Below, piece after piece: positions 30,567 through 49,180 of a stretch of DNA of 64,000 nucleotides; the first letter of the stretch is position 1; the number at the start of each line of letters is the position of its first letter. The DNA is from Candidatus Eiseniibacteriota bacterium (GTDB lineage Bacteria > Eisenbacteria > RBG-16-71-46 > CAIMUX01 > VGJL01). The stretch covers positions 1,152,001 through 1,216,000 of the forward strand of contig CAWBWI010000003.1 of the NCBI GenBank assembly GCA_963792585.1. The letters run 5' to 3'. Both the position numbers and the translations under genes were made by a program. The notes under the pieces are model-generated. The model was not told the DNA's origin and did no database searches. It worked only from the letters and a program-made list of their open reading frames with translations.

Positions 30567-32909
30567 ATGACCGGAGCTGCCTTCTATCTTCTCGGCCTGC
30601 TGATTGCCGCGATCTGGTTCTGGATGCGGCCTCGCTGGGGGCTCGGCAGAGTCGTCCTGTTCTGGTGGATAGGCCTCCTGCTCATGCGGGTGGCTCCGGG
30701 TCTGGTGATCTCCCTGCTCCCGGATGGGACCCCTCCCGGTCGAGCGGACGTGGCCCGAACGTTCCTCGACGTCGTCGCGTTCTTCGGATCGATCTTGCTG
30801 CTTCGCTCGCTCGGTTCCCTCCTGACGTGGAATCGCTCCCGGCGCCGTTTTCATTGGATATTGGGGTGGCTGTTCGGTCTGGGGTTGGTTTTAGGCGCCT
30901 TTGGGGACTCCAGATTCCCCTGGTATGTCTACTTGCTGATGGGTTCCTTCCTGTTCTGGGTCCGTTGGCGGGAGGATCTCCATGCGGGCGGGCTCACCAT
31001 TGCGGCTCTCACCGGAATCCTCAGCGTCATTCTGGCCGGGATCACGTGGGGGGCCGGGGCTCCGGAGCCCGGGAGCCTCTCCTTCGGGCTGACCCGACTC
31101 AAGGATGTGGCGTCCCGGCTCGGCTTCCTCTACGGGATGATCGCGACGGTTCCCGCCGCTGTACGGATCCATCTCTCGATTCGCCGGATCGGCCGCCGGC
31201 TCGTCGTCTCCCACGTGCTCGCCGGACTGGTTCCGGGAGGCCTCGCGGCGATCTTCCTCCTGACCTCGAGCGCGCTGTTCCTCTCGACGTACCGCGGAGA
31301 ACTCGGGGCCGGTCTGCTGGCCGACAGCGCGCAGACGGCGAGAAACAGGCTTGCCCGCTACTTATCGATCCCCGAGGGGAGTCGCCCGTTTCCGTACGGA
31401 GAGGAGATCTCCCAACAGACCGTCGTGACCCGCCGGGCTGACGGGTCGATTCAGGTCGCGGGGGCGGCTCTGCCGTTCCTGGCCGATTCGCTTCTCCGGG
31501 CGGATGTCTCGAGTTCCGAGGCGCCCCTGCTCTGGGACGGCGGAACGCTCTTCCTGAGAGCCCGGCTGGACACGCTCGTGGACGGCGCCCCAACGAGGAT
31601 CGAGGCGCTGGCGCCGGTCGACTCGCTTCGCATGGTTCGGGTGAGCCGGCTCCTGGGGGTCCCGATCCGCGTGAGCCCGCGGCTGAAGGTCACCCGTCAA
31701 GGGGGAGGCATCTCGATCGGGCAGGGGGACTCCACCGTATCCGGTGCGATCGGTCCCCCCAGGCCAGCGGGAAGAAGTCTTCCGGGCGGGACGATCGTCC
31801 CCTGTCTGGTCCGCGAGGCGAACGGATGGGTCGTGCGGGCGATTCCGCTTTCCTCGAGCGCAAGCCTCATGGAGCCGATCCGAAGCCTCCTCTCGACGGC
31901 CCGCGAGAACCCCCTTGCGATCGTCGTGCTCCTGGCCCTGGGGGTCATCGCCTTCATGTTCATCGGCGCGATCATGATCACCATGGCCATGGTGGTTCGG
32001 ATGGCCGGCACGGTCACCGAGGCCGTCGGCGCCCTGACGCGCGCGACCACGGCGCTCGGGGAAGGAAAGCTCGATTACCGGATCCCGATCGCGGGAAAGG
32101 ACGAGCTCTGGACCGTGGCCGGTTCCTTCAACGAGATGGCCGACGGCCTACAGCGCATGCGCCAGATGGAACTCGAGACGGAGCGACTGGAGGAGGAACT
32201 GCGGCTCGCGCGCCAGATCCAGACCCGCCTCCTTCCCGCGTCCGCCCCGGTGCTGGAGCACATGGAGCTGGCCGGGAAGAGCCTCCCCGCGCGAGAGGTC
32301 GGGGGCGACTACTTCGACTACATCCTTCTGCCCGACGGTCGGATCGGTCTCGCGGTCGCCGACGTCTCGGGCAAGGGCGCCGGCGCTGCGCTCTTGATGT
32401 CCAGCTTTCGGGCCTCCCTACGCAGCCAGGACCTCGCCCGCCTGGGACCCGCGCAGACCCTGGCCGCCCTGAACCGCTTCGTCTGCTCGAGCGTCGATCC
32501 GGGGAAGTTCATCACGGCATTCCTCGCAGTTCTCGACCCCCGCACCGGCGAAATCCTGTACGCCAACGGGGGGCATGAGCCTCCGGTCCTCGTGAAGGAC
32601 GGCAAGACGGTCTGCGAGCTTTCCGACGGCGGTCTCATTCTCGGCGCATTCGCGCACGCGGAATACCAGGAGGGATCGGTCCGCATGCCCTCCGGCTCAC
32701 TCCTGGCGATCTTCACGGACGGGGTGACCGAAGCGCAGAACATGGAGGGGGACTTCTTCGGCAACGATCGCCTGCTGGATGTGCTCGGCTCCCGGATCAA
32801 GGATGACTGTCCCCACCTGCTCGATCGGATCCTCGTGGAGATTCAGTCGTTTGCCGGAGAAGCCCCGCAATCCGATGACATCACGCTGCTCCTGGCCCGG
32901 ATGAACTAG
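30567..32909 (+). CDS. Multi-pass membrane HAMP + PP2C/SpoIIE-family Ser/Thr phosphatase
   Basis: Several TM helices, HAMP (DEL..VA.SFNEM), ELRLARQIQ, VGGDYFD, ADVSGKG, FTDGVTEA, DDIT. Confidence 0.9.
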   Translation: MTGAAFYLLGLLIAAIWFWMRPRWGLGRVVLFWWIGLLLMRVAPGLVISLLPDGTPPGRADVARTFLDVVAFFGSILLLRSLGSLLTWNRSRRRFHWILGWLFGLGLVLGAFGDSRFPWYVYLLMGSFLFWVRWREDLHAGGLTIAALTGILSVILAGITWGAGAPEPGSLSFGLTRLKDVASRLGFLYGMIATVPAAVRIHLSIRRIGRRLVVSHVLAGLVPGGLAAIFLLTSSALFLSTYRGELGAGLLADSAQTARNRLARYLSIPEGSRPFPYGEEISQQTVVTRRADGSIQVAGAALPFLADSLLRADVSSSEAPLLWDGGTLFLRARLDTLVDGAPTRIEALAPVDSLRMVRVSRLLGVPIRVSPRLKVTRQGGGISIGQGDSTVSGAIGPPRPAGRSLPGGTIVPCLVREANGWVVRAIPLSSSASLMEPIRSLLSTARENPLAIVVLLALGVIAFMFIGAIMITMAMVVRMAGTVTEAVGALTRATTALGEGKLDYRIPIAGKDELWTVAGSFNEMADGLQRMRQMELETERLEEELRLARQIQTRLLPASAPVLEHMELAGKSLPAREVGGDYFDYILLPDGRIGLAVADVSGKGAGAALLMSSFRASLRSQDLARLGPAQTLAALNRFVCSSVDPGKFITAFLAVLDPRTGEILYANGGHEPPVLVKDGKTVCELSDGGLILGAFAHAEYQEGSVRMPSGSLLAIFTDGVTEAQNMEGDFFGNDRLLDVLGSRIKDDCPHLLDRILVEIQSFAGEAPQSDDITLLLARMN

Positions 32910-32986
32910 CGACGGGCGTGGATGCGTTTTGTCCGCCCGGTTCGAATGGCCTGAGGGGGGTTTCCTTCCAACCCAGCATGCGCCTC

Positions 32987-33016
32987 TTGCCGCATCCCGC
33001 GGGGAAACGCTAGTTT
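32987..33016 (+). promoter_or_regulatory. Possible sigma70-type promoter for cysS
   Basis: TTGCCG-N18-TAGTTT. Confidence 0.4.
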
Positions 33017-33100
33017 CGTAGCTTCCAGGGTTTGGATCCCCCTCGGCCGACGGCCGATCGGGGAGGAAAGCCGCCGCACCCGCCGAGGAGGGAATCCGGG

Positions 33101-34544
33101 ATGAGCCTGAAGGTCTACGACAACCTCACCAGGGAGAAGAGGGCTTTCGAGCCGGTCTCGTCCGACCGGGTGGGGATGTACGTCTGCGGCATGACCGTCC
33201 AGGACAAGCCCCACGTCGGCCACATGCGGGCGGCTCGTCGTCGGAGATCTCCTGCGGCGCTATCTCATGCGGACAGGGTATAAAGTCATGTACCTCAACA
33301 ACTTCACCGATATCGACGACAAGATCATCGAGCGGGCGAAGGAGGAGGGGACGGACTACAGGACCATCGCCCGCAGGAACATGGATGCCTATCTCGACCA
33401 CGTCGGGAAGCTCGGGATCCTGCCCTGCCGACGTGTATCCCCGCGCGACCGAGCACATCCCCGAGATCCTCGACCATGGTCGGAGATGCTCGAGCAGAAG
33501 GGCTTCGCCTACGCTTCGCGGCGGTGATGTCTACTTCCGCGTCGAGCGCAGCCCCGACTACGGGAAGCTGAGCGGTCGCCGGATCGAGGAACTGCGCGCG
33601 GGCGCGCGGATCGAGGTCGGCGAGCACAAGGAGAGCCCGCTCGACTTCACCCTCTGGAAAGGGGCCCGCGAAGGGGAGCCGTCGTGGCCGAGCCGGTGGG
33701 GACCGGGCCGCCCCGGCTGGCACATCGAGTGCTCCGCCATGGCGATGAAGTACCTCGGAAATCACTTCGATTTCCACGGCGGCGGACTCGACCTGATCTT
33801 CCCGCACCACGAAAACGAAATCGCCCAGTCGGAGTGCGCGACCGGGGAGCCGTTCGCTAAGTTCTGGGTCCAGAATGGATTGGTCCTCCTCGGCGGGGAG
33901 AAGATGTCGAAGTCGACGAAGCACTTCTTCCTCATCGAGGACGTCTGCGTCCAGGTGGAGCCGCGGATCGTACGCTTCTACCTGCTCTCGACGCATTTCC
34001 GCAGTCCGATCGAGTTCAGCGAGGAGCGACTCGCCGAGGCGGGGGTCGGTCTCGGCCGTCTCACCGGCGCCCTGGATGCGGCCGCCGAAGCCCTGGGCGG
34101 TCGATGCCGGCGCCGGCCCGAACAGCCGGTGTCCAAAGAAGATGCGGGATCGGCGGAGGCGCGGGAGGCGATCCGGGCCTTCGACGAGGCAATGGACGAT
34201 GACTTCAACACGCGAAGGCGATCGGCCACCTGTTCGATCTCGCCCGTTGCGTCAACCGTTGGACCGGGGAGCGGGAGACCGCCGAGACCAGGGCGGCCGT
34301 CTCGGGTGCCGCCCGCGTGATTCTCGATCTATCGGGAATCCTCGGATTGGATCTGCTGACGCGGCAGGAGCTTTGCATCCCCTGCCGCCATCGAGGACCT
34401 CGCCCGCCAGCGGACCGAAGCCCGTGCGGAGATCGAAGGACTGGCAAGGAAGCGGACAACTCGTCTGATAGGGACGCCATCCTGGCCGAGGGGTACCTCC
34501 TCGAGGACCGCGAAGGGCGTACACTCGTTCGTCCGAATCGCTGA
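33101..34544 (+). CDS. cysS: Cysteine--tRNA ligase; several frameshifts (probable artefacts)
   Basis: MYVCGMTV..HVGH, NFTDIDDKII, GRPGWHIECSAM, HGGGLDLIFPHHENEIAQ, KMSKS across several frames. Confidence 0.93.
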
Positions 34545-34801
34545 CGGCGGCCCGTCCGGTGTCCTCGGGGGGAGTCGGCGCATCCCGCTGCACGCCGGAT
34601 GTTTCGTTGACACGAACTTGGCGCGGTCATTTGGACAGCCGTAACTCTTCCGACGACGAAGTCTCGGCACATGGCTGGCGTTCCGCTCGTCTTCCTGAGG
34701 TGAACCAGCACATCGTGCACCCGGTGGACTCCGATCCGCCGGGATCGGCCAGAGGAGCGTGCACGCCCGTTTTTGCGGACGCCGGGGTGGGGGTTTAGAT
34801 T

Positions 34802-34877
34802 GCTGGCGTAGCTCAGTTGGTAGAGCAGCTGATTTGTAATCAGCAGGTCGGGGGTTCAAATCCCTTCGCCAGCTCCA
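34802..34877 (+). tRNA. tRNA-Thr(TGT)
   Basis: Cloverleaf, anticodon arm GCTGA-TTTGTAA-TCAGC, GGTTCAAATCC, encoded CCA. Confidence 0.96.
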
Positions 34878-34989
34878 GGTCGTCCTGAGTACGTGCAGCC
34901 GACCCGGCATTTACTTCCCCGAAGGAAGGCGAAAGCCGGGGCGATGCGCGGACTGCACATTGCCTGATGAGGGGAGGTGTGTCGAGTTC

Positions 34990-35072
34990 GGGGAGGTTCC
35001 CGAGTGGCCAAAGGGAACAGACTGTAAATCTGTCGGCGATAGCCTTCGAAGGTTCGAATCCTTCCCTCCCCA
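34990..35072 (+). tRNA. tRNA-Tyr(GTA)
   Basis: GGGGAGG/CCTCCCC acceptor stem, ACAGA-CTGTAAA-TCTGT, long variable arm, GGTTCGAATCC; CCA not encoded. Confidence 0.95.
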
Positions 35073-35134
35073 AGTTTGCGACTCAGAGCCGCGTGTTACA
35101 GGGAACAGTGAAGCGATCTCGGATGGTTCGAGGC

Positions 35135-35210
35135 GCGGGAGTAGCTCAGTGGCTAGAGCGTCAGCCTTCCAAGCTGAGGGTCGCGGGTTCGAATCCCGTT
35201 TCCCGCTCCA
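35135..35210 (+). tRNA. tRNA-Gly(TCC)
   Basis: TCAGC-CTTCCAA-GCTGA anticodon arm, GGTTCGAATCC, encoded CCA. Confidence 0.96.
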
Positions 35211-35221
35211 GATTTGACTGC

Positions 35222-35294
35222 GCCCACGTAGCTCAGTCGGTAGAGCATTTGCATGGTAAGCAAAAGGTCACCAGTTCGATTCTGGTCGTGGGCT
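35222..35294 (+). tRNA. tRNA-Thr(GGT)
   Basis: GCCCACG/CGTGGGC acceptor stem, TTTGC-ATGGTAA-GCAAA, AGTTCGATTCT; CCA not encoded. Confidence 0.93.
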
Positions 35295-35413
35295 CAGCTT
35301 CCGTCGTCTGCGGTCTCGTTAGGGGAATCGTCCCGGGCGGGGCGGAACCCACCGCCGTCGCGATCGATCGTCGCCGATCCAGCGGCGCGTCCAAGGAGGA
35401 TTGACTCGGAGCT

Positions 35414-36606
35414 ATGAGCAAGCAGAAGTTCGAGAGGACGAAGCCGCACGTGAACGTGGGGACGATCGGTCACGTGGACCACGGGAAGACGACGCTGACG
35501 GCGGCGATCACGATGGTGTTGTCGCAGGACGGATTGGCGAGCGTGCGGACGTTCGACTCGATCGACAACGCGCCGGAAGAGAAGGCGCGCGGGATCACGA
35601 TCGCGACGGCGCACGTGGAGTACGAGACGACGAACCGGCACTACGCGCACGTGGACTGCCCGGGCCACGCGGACTACGTGAAGAACATGGTCACGGGCGC
35701 GGCGCAGATGGACGGAGCGATCCTGGTGGTGTCGCGCGGCGGACGGTCCGATGCCGCAGACGCGGGAGCACATCCTGCTGGCGCGTCAGGTGGGCGTGCC
35801 GTACATCGTGGTGTTCATGAACAAGGTGGACATGGTGGACGATCCGGAGATCCTGGACCTGGTGGAGCTGGGAGTTCGGGACCTGTTGAAGAAGTACGAG
35901 TTCCCTGGCGACGAGATTCCGATCATTCGGGGCAGCGCGCTGCAAGGCGATGCAGGATCCGACGGACGAAGAGGCGAAGAAGTGCGATCCTCGAGCTGAT
36001 GGAGGCGGTGGACCGTACATTCCGACGCCGGTGCGCGAGATCGACAAGCCGTTCCTGATGCCGATCGAGGACGTGTTCTCGATCACGGGCCGCGGGACGG
36101 TGGGGACGGGGCGCGTGGAGCGCGGGAAGGTGAAGACGGGCGACAAGGTGGAGCGGGTCGGCCTGCGGGAGACGAAGGAGATGGTGGTGACGGGTGTGGA
36201 GATGTTCCGGAAGCTCCTGGACTACGCGGAGGCGGGGGACAACATCGGGTTGCTGCTGCGCGGGGTGGAGAAGGACGACCTGGAGCGTGGGATGGTGCTG
36301 TGCGCGCCGAAGAGCATCACGCCGCACAAGAAGTTCAAGGGGAAGGTGTACATCCTGTCGAAGGAAGAGGGCGGACGGCACACGCCGTTCTTCAACGGGT
36401 ACCGGCCGCAGTTCTACTTCCGGACGACGGACGTGACGGGGGTGTGCAAGATCCTGGACGAGCGGGAGATGGTGATGCCGGGCGACAACGTGAATCTGGA
36501 GGTCGAGCTGATCACGCCGATCGCGATGGAGAAGGAGCTGCGGTTCGCGATCCGCGAGGGCGGCCGGACCGTCGGCGCCGGCGTCGTCACCGAGATCATC
36601 GAGTAA
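35414..36606 (+). CDS. tuf: Elongation factor Tu, tRNA-operon copy; frameshifts ~35735-36015 (probable artefacts)
   Basis: [40 protein letters not shown]. Confidence 0.96.
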
Positions 36607-36626
36607 GGCATCGGGAAGGAACGATC

Positions 36627-36777
36627 ATGCGCGACAAGATCACGCTGGCCTGCAACGAGTGCAAGCAGCCGCAACTACCAGGACGACAAGAACAAGAAGC
36701 TCCATCCGGACCGGGTCGAGTACAAGAAGTACTGCCCGTTCTGCCGGAAGCACACGCCTCACAAGGAAACGCGCTAG
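36627..36777 (+). CDS. rpmG: 50S ribosomal protein L33 (Zn-binding type); one frameshift ~36669
   Basis: [14 protein letters not shown] / [32 protein letters not shown]. Confidence 0.92.
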
Positions 36778-36846
36778 GCGTTCGTGGCGGGCCCGCCGAT
36801 CCATCGGCGGGCGTTGCGTTCGGCGTCGCGAGGCGGAGGCGGTTCG

Positions 36847-37035
36847 ATGTCGGTGTTCGAGAGGTTCAAGAGATTCCTGGGCGAGGTGAAGGTCGAGTCG
36901 ACCAAGGTCACCTGGCCCACCCGTGATGAACTGCGCGAGTCGACTACGGTCGTCTTGGTCGCCGTCTTCATCATCTCGGTCTTCATCTACATCGTCGACA
37001 TCGCAATCAGCAAGGTCGTCCAGGCCGTCCTCTAG
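36847..37035 (+). CDS. secE: Preprotein translocase subunit SecE
   Basis: KVTWPTRDEL..T.VV, single TM; lies before nusG. Confidence 0.93.
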   Translation: MSVFERFKRFLGEVKVESTKVTWPTRDELRESTTVVLVAVFIISVFIYIVDIAISKVVQAVL

Positions 37036-37064
37036 GGACCGCGCCGGAGCGGAGACGATTCTAG

Positions 37065-37597
37065 ATGAGCAAGAAGTGGTACGTGATCCACACCTATTCG
37101 GGTCACGAGAACAAGGTCCGAGCGAACCTCGAGAAGGCGATCCAGTACGCCCAGCTTCAGGACAAGTTCGGCGAGATCCTCGTCGCGACGGAGAACTTCG
37201 CCGTTCTGAAGAACGGCAAGAAGACGATCACCCGCCGCAAGACATTCCCGGGCTACGTGCTGGTCGAGATGGAGATGAACGAGGAGACGAAGGCACCTGG
37301 TCACGAACATTCCGGGCGTCACGCACTTCGTTCCGCGATGAGAAGAGCCCCGCGCCGCTGACCGAGACGGAGGTCGCCGAATTCGTGGGACACGCGGCGC
37401 CGGAGCGCGAGCGTGTGACGGCCGAGGTGCCGTTCAAGGTCGGCGAAAGCGTGAAGGTCACCGACGGGCCGTTCTGCGACTTCGTCGGAACCGTCGATGA
37501 GATCAACACGGATCGCGGCAAGGTCCGGGTGATGGTGAGCATCTTCGGGCGCGCGACGCCCGTCGAGCTGGATTTCATGCAGGTGCAGACGATCTAG
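37065..37597 (+). CDS. nusG: Transcription elongation factor NusG; frameshifts ~37295-37335
   Basis: WYVIHTYSGHENKV, FPGYVLVEM, KOW GESVKVTDGPF, IFGRATPVEL. Confidence 0.94.
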
Positions 37598-37600
37598 CCG

Positions 37601-37640
37601 GCCGGGGAGGAACCCCGTGAGGTTCCGCCCGCACCCGCTG
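37601..37640 (+). promoter_or_regulatory. Possible uL1-binding autoregulatory leader before rplK
   Basis: GGGGAG followed by GGAACC/GGTTCC hairpin and ACCC, just upstream of the rplK SD; resembles the L1-target layout. Confidence 0.4.
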
Positions 37641-37653
37641 GCAGGAGGAGAGC

Positions 37654-38083
37654 ATGGCGAAGAAGGTAGTTGCGGCGATGGTGAAGCTTCAGATTCCCGC
37701 GGGGAAGGCGAATCCCGCGCCGCCGGTCGGACCGGCGCTGGGGCAGCACCAGGTCAACATCATGGAGTTCTGCAAGCAGTTCAACGCCGCGACGCAGAAC
37801 CAGCCGGGAATGATCATTCCCGTCGTCATCACGGTCTACAAGGATCGGTCGTTCAGCTTCGTCATGAAGACCCCGCCCGCGGCGGTCCTCCTGAAGAAGG
37901 CCGCCGGGATCGCCTCCGGATCCGGCGAGCCGAACAAGACGAAGGTGGGCACGGTCTCGATGCAGCAGGTCCGCGAGATCGCCGAGCTCAAGATGCCGGA
38001 CCTGAATGCCAACGATCTCGACGCCGCCGTTTTGATGATTGCCGGTACGGCCCGGAGCATGGGGATCGTCGTCGAAGTCATAA
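37654..38083 (+). CDS. rplK: 50S ribosomal protein L11; stop displaced by a probable indel, end approximate
   Basis: [33 protein letters not shown]. Confidence 0.93.
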
Positions 38084-38122
38084 AAGCCGGAGGGGATGCG
38101 GCGCCCCGCAAGGGAGGGATGG

Positions 38123-38837
38123 ATGGGACAGTTCGAAGGGCAAGAGACTCAACAAGGCCCGTGAGGAGGCTGCGAAGGTTCAGGGACGCGAAACCTGACC
38201 GAGGCCGTCGCGTTCGTGAAGGCCCACGCCACTGCGAAATTCGACGAGACGATCGAGGTCGCCGCGCGGCTCGGGGTCGATCCGAAGTATGCGGATCAGA
38301 TGGTCCGCGGCACGGTCGTGCTGCCGCACGGCACCGGCAAGACGGTCAAGGTCCTCGTGATCGCCAAGGGCGAGAAGATGAAGGAGGCCGAGGCCGCCGG
38401 TGCCGATTTCGTGGGAGCTGAAGACATGGTCGCCAAGATTCAGCGACGGATGGCTCGATTTCGATCGCGTCATCACGACGCCGGACATGATGGGCGAGGT
38501 CGGAAAGCTCGGTAAGATGCTCGGTCCGCGCGGGCTCATGCCCAACGCGAAGACCGGCACCGTCACGTTCGAGATCGAGAAGGCGGTGCGCGAGGCCAAG
38601 GCCGGCAAGATCGAGTTCCGCGTCGACAAGGCCGGCAACCTGCACGTCGCCGGTCGGGAAGGCGTCGTTCGCGCCGGAGCAGATCGAGGAGAACATCCGT
38701 TCCTTCCTCGTCGGAGGTGGTTCGTTTGAAGCCGCCGGCGGCGAAGGGGCAGTACTTCCGCAGCCTCACGGTCAGCTCGACCATGGGACCGGGGATCCGG
38801 GTGGACATCGCCTCGGCAGCCCCGGCGACGAAGGTAG
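38123..38837 (+). CDS. rplA: 50S ribosomal protein L1; multiple frameshifts, ends approximate
   Basis: [43 protein letters not shown]. Confidence 0.92.
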
Positions 38838-38848
38838 GGGGATTCGCC

Positions 38849-39412
38849 ATGAAAATGAGAAAGCCCGAAAAAGCAGAGCGGATCCGCGAGATGACCGATC
38901 ACATGAACTCGGCGAAGGGCGTCTATCTCGCCGACTTCACCGGTCTCACCGTCGAGAAGGTCAGTCTTCTTCGTCGGGAGATGCGCAAGTCGGGCGTTCA
39001 CGTCGAGGTGATCAAGAACACACTTCTCCGTTTCGCCGCGCGCGAGACGGGATACGATGCGTTGCTCCCGCACATTCAGGGTCCCACCGCGGTTCTTCTC
39101 CCGACGAAGGAGGAGGTTGCTCCGGCGAAGATCCTGGATGCGTTCATTCGGGAACACAAGCTCCCCGCCGTGAAGATTGCCTGTCTCGACGGCAAACTCT
39201 ACGACGAGGATGACGTCAAACAGCTCGCGAAGCTGCCCCCGCGGGAGGTCCTGCTGGGCCAGTTCCTCCGCGTGCTCCAGGGCCCCCTGACCCAGTTCGT
39301 CGGCGTGCTCAACGCACCGCTGCGCGATCTGGCAAACGTCCTGGATCAGGTGTCCAAGAAGAGGGGGCCTGAAGCCCCGGTTGCGCCGGTTTCCGGCCAG
39401 GAATCTCAGTGA
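38849..39412 (+). CDS. rplJ: 50S ribosomal protein L10
   Basis: [23 protein letters not shown]; synteny. Confidence 0.93.
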   Translation: MKMRKPEKAERIREMTDHMNSAKGVYLADFTGLTVEKVSLLRREMRKSGVHVEVIKNTLLRFAARETGYDALLPHIQGPTAVLLPTKEEVAPAKILDAFIREHKLPAVKIACLDGKLYDEDDVKQLAKLPPREVLLGQFLRVLQGPLTQFVGVLNAPLRDLANVLDQVSKKRGPEAPVAPVSGQESQ

Positions 39413-39427
39413 GGGAGGATTCGAGAA

Positions 39428-39812
39428 ATGTCTGAGCACGGTCACAAAAGATCAGGTTCTGGACTGGGTCCGGAACGCCTCGATGGTTGACATCGCCAAC
39501 ATCGTCAAGGAAATCGAAACCGAATTCGGCGTTACCGCGGCCGCGCCCGTCATGGCGATGGCTGCCGGGGCCGCGGCGCCGCGGCCGAGGTCGAGGAGAA
39601 GACCGAGTTCGACGTCGTCCTCACAGAGCGCCGGCCCGCAGAAGCTGCAGGTCATCAAGGTCGTTCGCGAGCTGACCGGTCTCGGTCTGAAGGAAGCCAA
39701 GGAGCTCGTCGACAACGCTCCGAGGGTCCTGAAGGAGAAGGTCTCCAAGGAAGAGGCCGAGACCTTGAAGGCGAAGCTGACGGAGTCCGGTGCCGTCGTG
39801 GAGATCAAGTAG
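39428..39812 (+). CDS. rplL: 50S ribosomal protein L7/L12; frameshifts
   Basis: [36 protein letters not shown]. Confidence 0.93.
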
Positions 39813-39852
39813 GTAAGGCCTAGGGATCGGTGATCGAAGGGGGTTTTCCTTG

Positions 39853-43739
<3,887 letters not shown>

Positions 43740-43746
43740 TGATACC

Positions 43747-48187
<4,441 letters not shown>

Positions 48188-48238
48188 GACAAAGAGTTGC
48201 GGGGGTTCCGTCTTCCGCTCCCGAATGGTACTTCGAGG

Positions 48239-48267
48239 TTGACGATCGACCCGCGGGTCTGTAAATT
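48239..48267 (+). promoter_or_regulatory. sigma70-type promoter of the str operon
   Basis: TTGACG-N17-TAAATT. Confidence 0.7.
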
Positions 48268-48327
48268 CACAAATCTGTCCGCCTTCCGCGGGGGGTGGCG
48301 GACACAAGAAGGAATGGTGGTTCGAAC

Positions 48328-48702
48328 GTGCCTACGCTGAGCCAGCTGATTCGTAAGGGCAGATCGCGGATTCGCCGCAAGACGTCGGCGCCCGCGCTCA
48401 AGGCGTGCCCGCAAAAGCGCGGTTTTTGCACGCGCGTCTACACGTCCACACCGAAGAAGCCGAATTCGGCGCTTCGCAAGGTCGCCCGCGTTCGTTTGAC
48501 GAACAATATCGAGGTGACCGCTTACATTCCCGGAGAGGGACACAACCTGCAGGAGCACTCAATCGTCCTGATCCGTGGCGGACGTGTGAAGGATCTCCCG
48601 GGTGTGCGTTACCACATCATCCGCGGTGCCCTGGACGCGAGCGGCGTAGAGAAGCGAAATCAAAGCCGCTCCAAGTACGGCACCAAGCGGAAGAAGAAGT
48701 AG
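48328..48702 (+). CDS. rpsL: 30S ribosomal protein S12
   Basis: (M)[26 protein letters not shown]. Confidence 0.98.
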   Translation: MPTLSQLIRKGRSRIRRKTSAPALKACPQKRGFCTRVYTSTPKKPNSALRKVARVRLTNNIEVTAYIPGEGHNLQEHSIVLIRGGRVKDLPGVRYHIIRGALDASGVEKRNQSRSKYGTKRKKK

Positions 48703-48709
48703 GTCGACC

Positions 48710-49180
48710 ATGCCGAGGAGAGGTGCGTTCCACCGCAACGAGTTGCTTCCGGATCCCAAGTTCGGCAACGTCTTGGTGACCCGGATCGTCAACAGCATCA
48801 TGAAGAAGGGCAAGAAGAGCACTGCCGAGGCCATCCTCTACGGCGCGATCGAGGTCATCGAAAAGAAGACCGGCCAGGATGGCCTGAGCATCGTGAAGCA
48901 GGCTCTCAACAACGTTAAGCCCAACTTGGAAGTAAAGAGCCGGCGCGTCGGCGGTGCGACCTATCAGGTCCCCGTCGAGATCAAGCCGGAGCGTCGGACG
49001 GCGCTGGCCCTGCGCTGGATTCTCCAGTACTCGGCCTCCAGGCCCGACCACTCTATGAAGGAGAAGTTGGCCGCCGAGCTCATGGCAGCGGCCAAGAACG
49101 ATGGGGGAGCGATCAAGAAGCGGGACGACACGCACCGCATGGCCGAGGCGAACAAGGCCTTCGCCCACTACCGCTGGTAG
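48710..49180 (+). CDS. rpsG: 30S ribosomal protein S7
   Basis: RRVGGATYQVP, HRMAEANKAFAHYRW. Confidence 0.98.
   Translation: MPRRGAFHRNELLPDPKFGNVLVTRIVNSIMKKGKKSTAEAILYGAIEVIEKKTGQDGLSIVKQALNNVKPNLEVKSRRVGGATYQVPVEIKPERRTALALRWILQYSASRPDHSMKEKLAAELMAAAKNDGGAIKKRDDTHRMAEANKAFAHYRW

Noticed and set aside
34545..35300. tRNA-Sec near the tRNA cluster, given selB
   Set aside because: No TCA-anticodon cloverleaf found; the four tRNAs are Thr, Tyr, Gly and Thr
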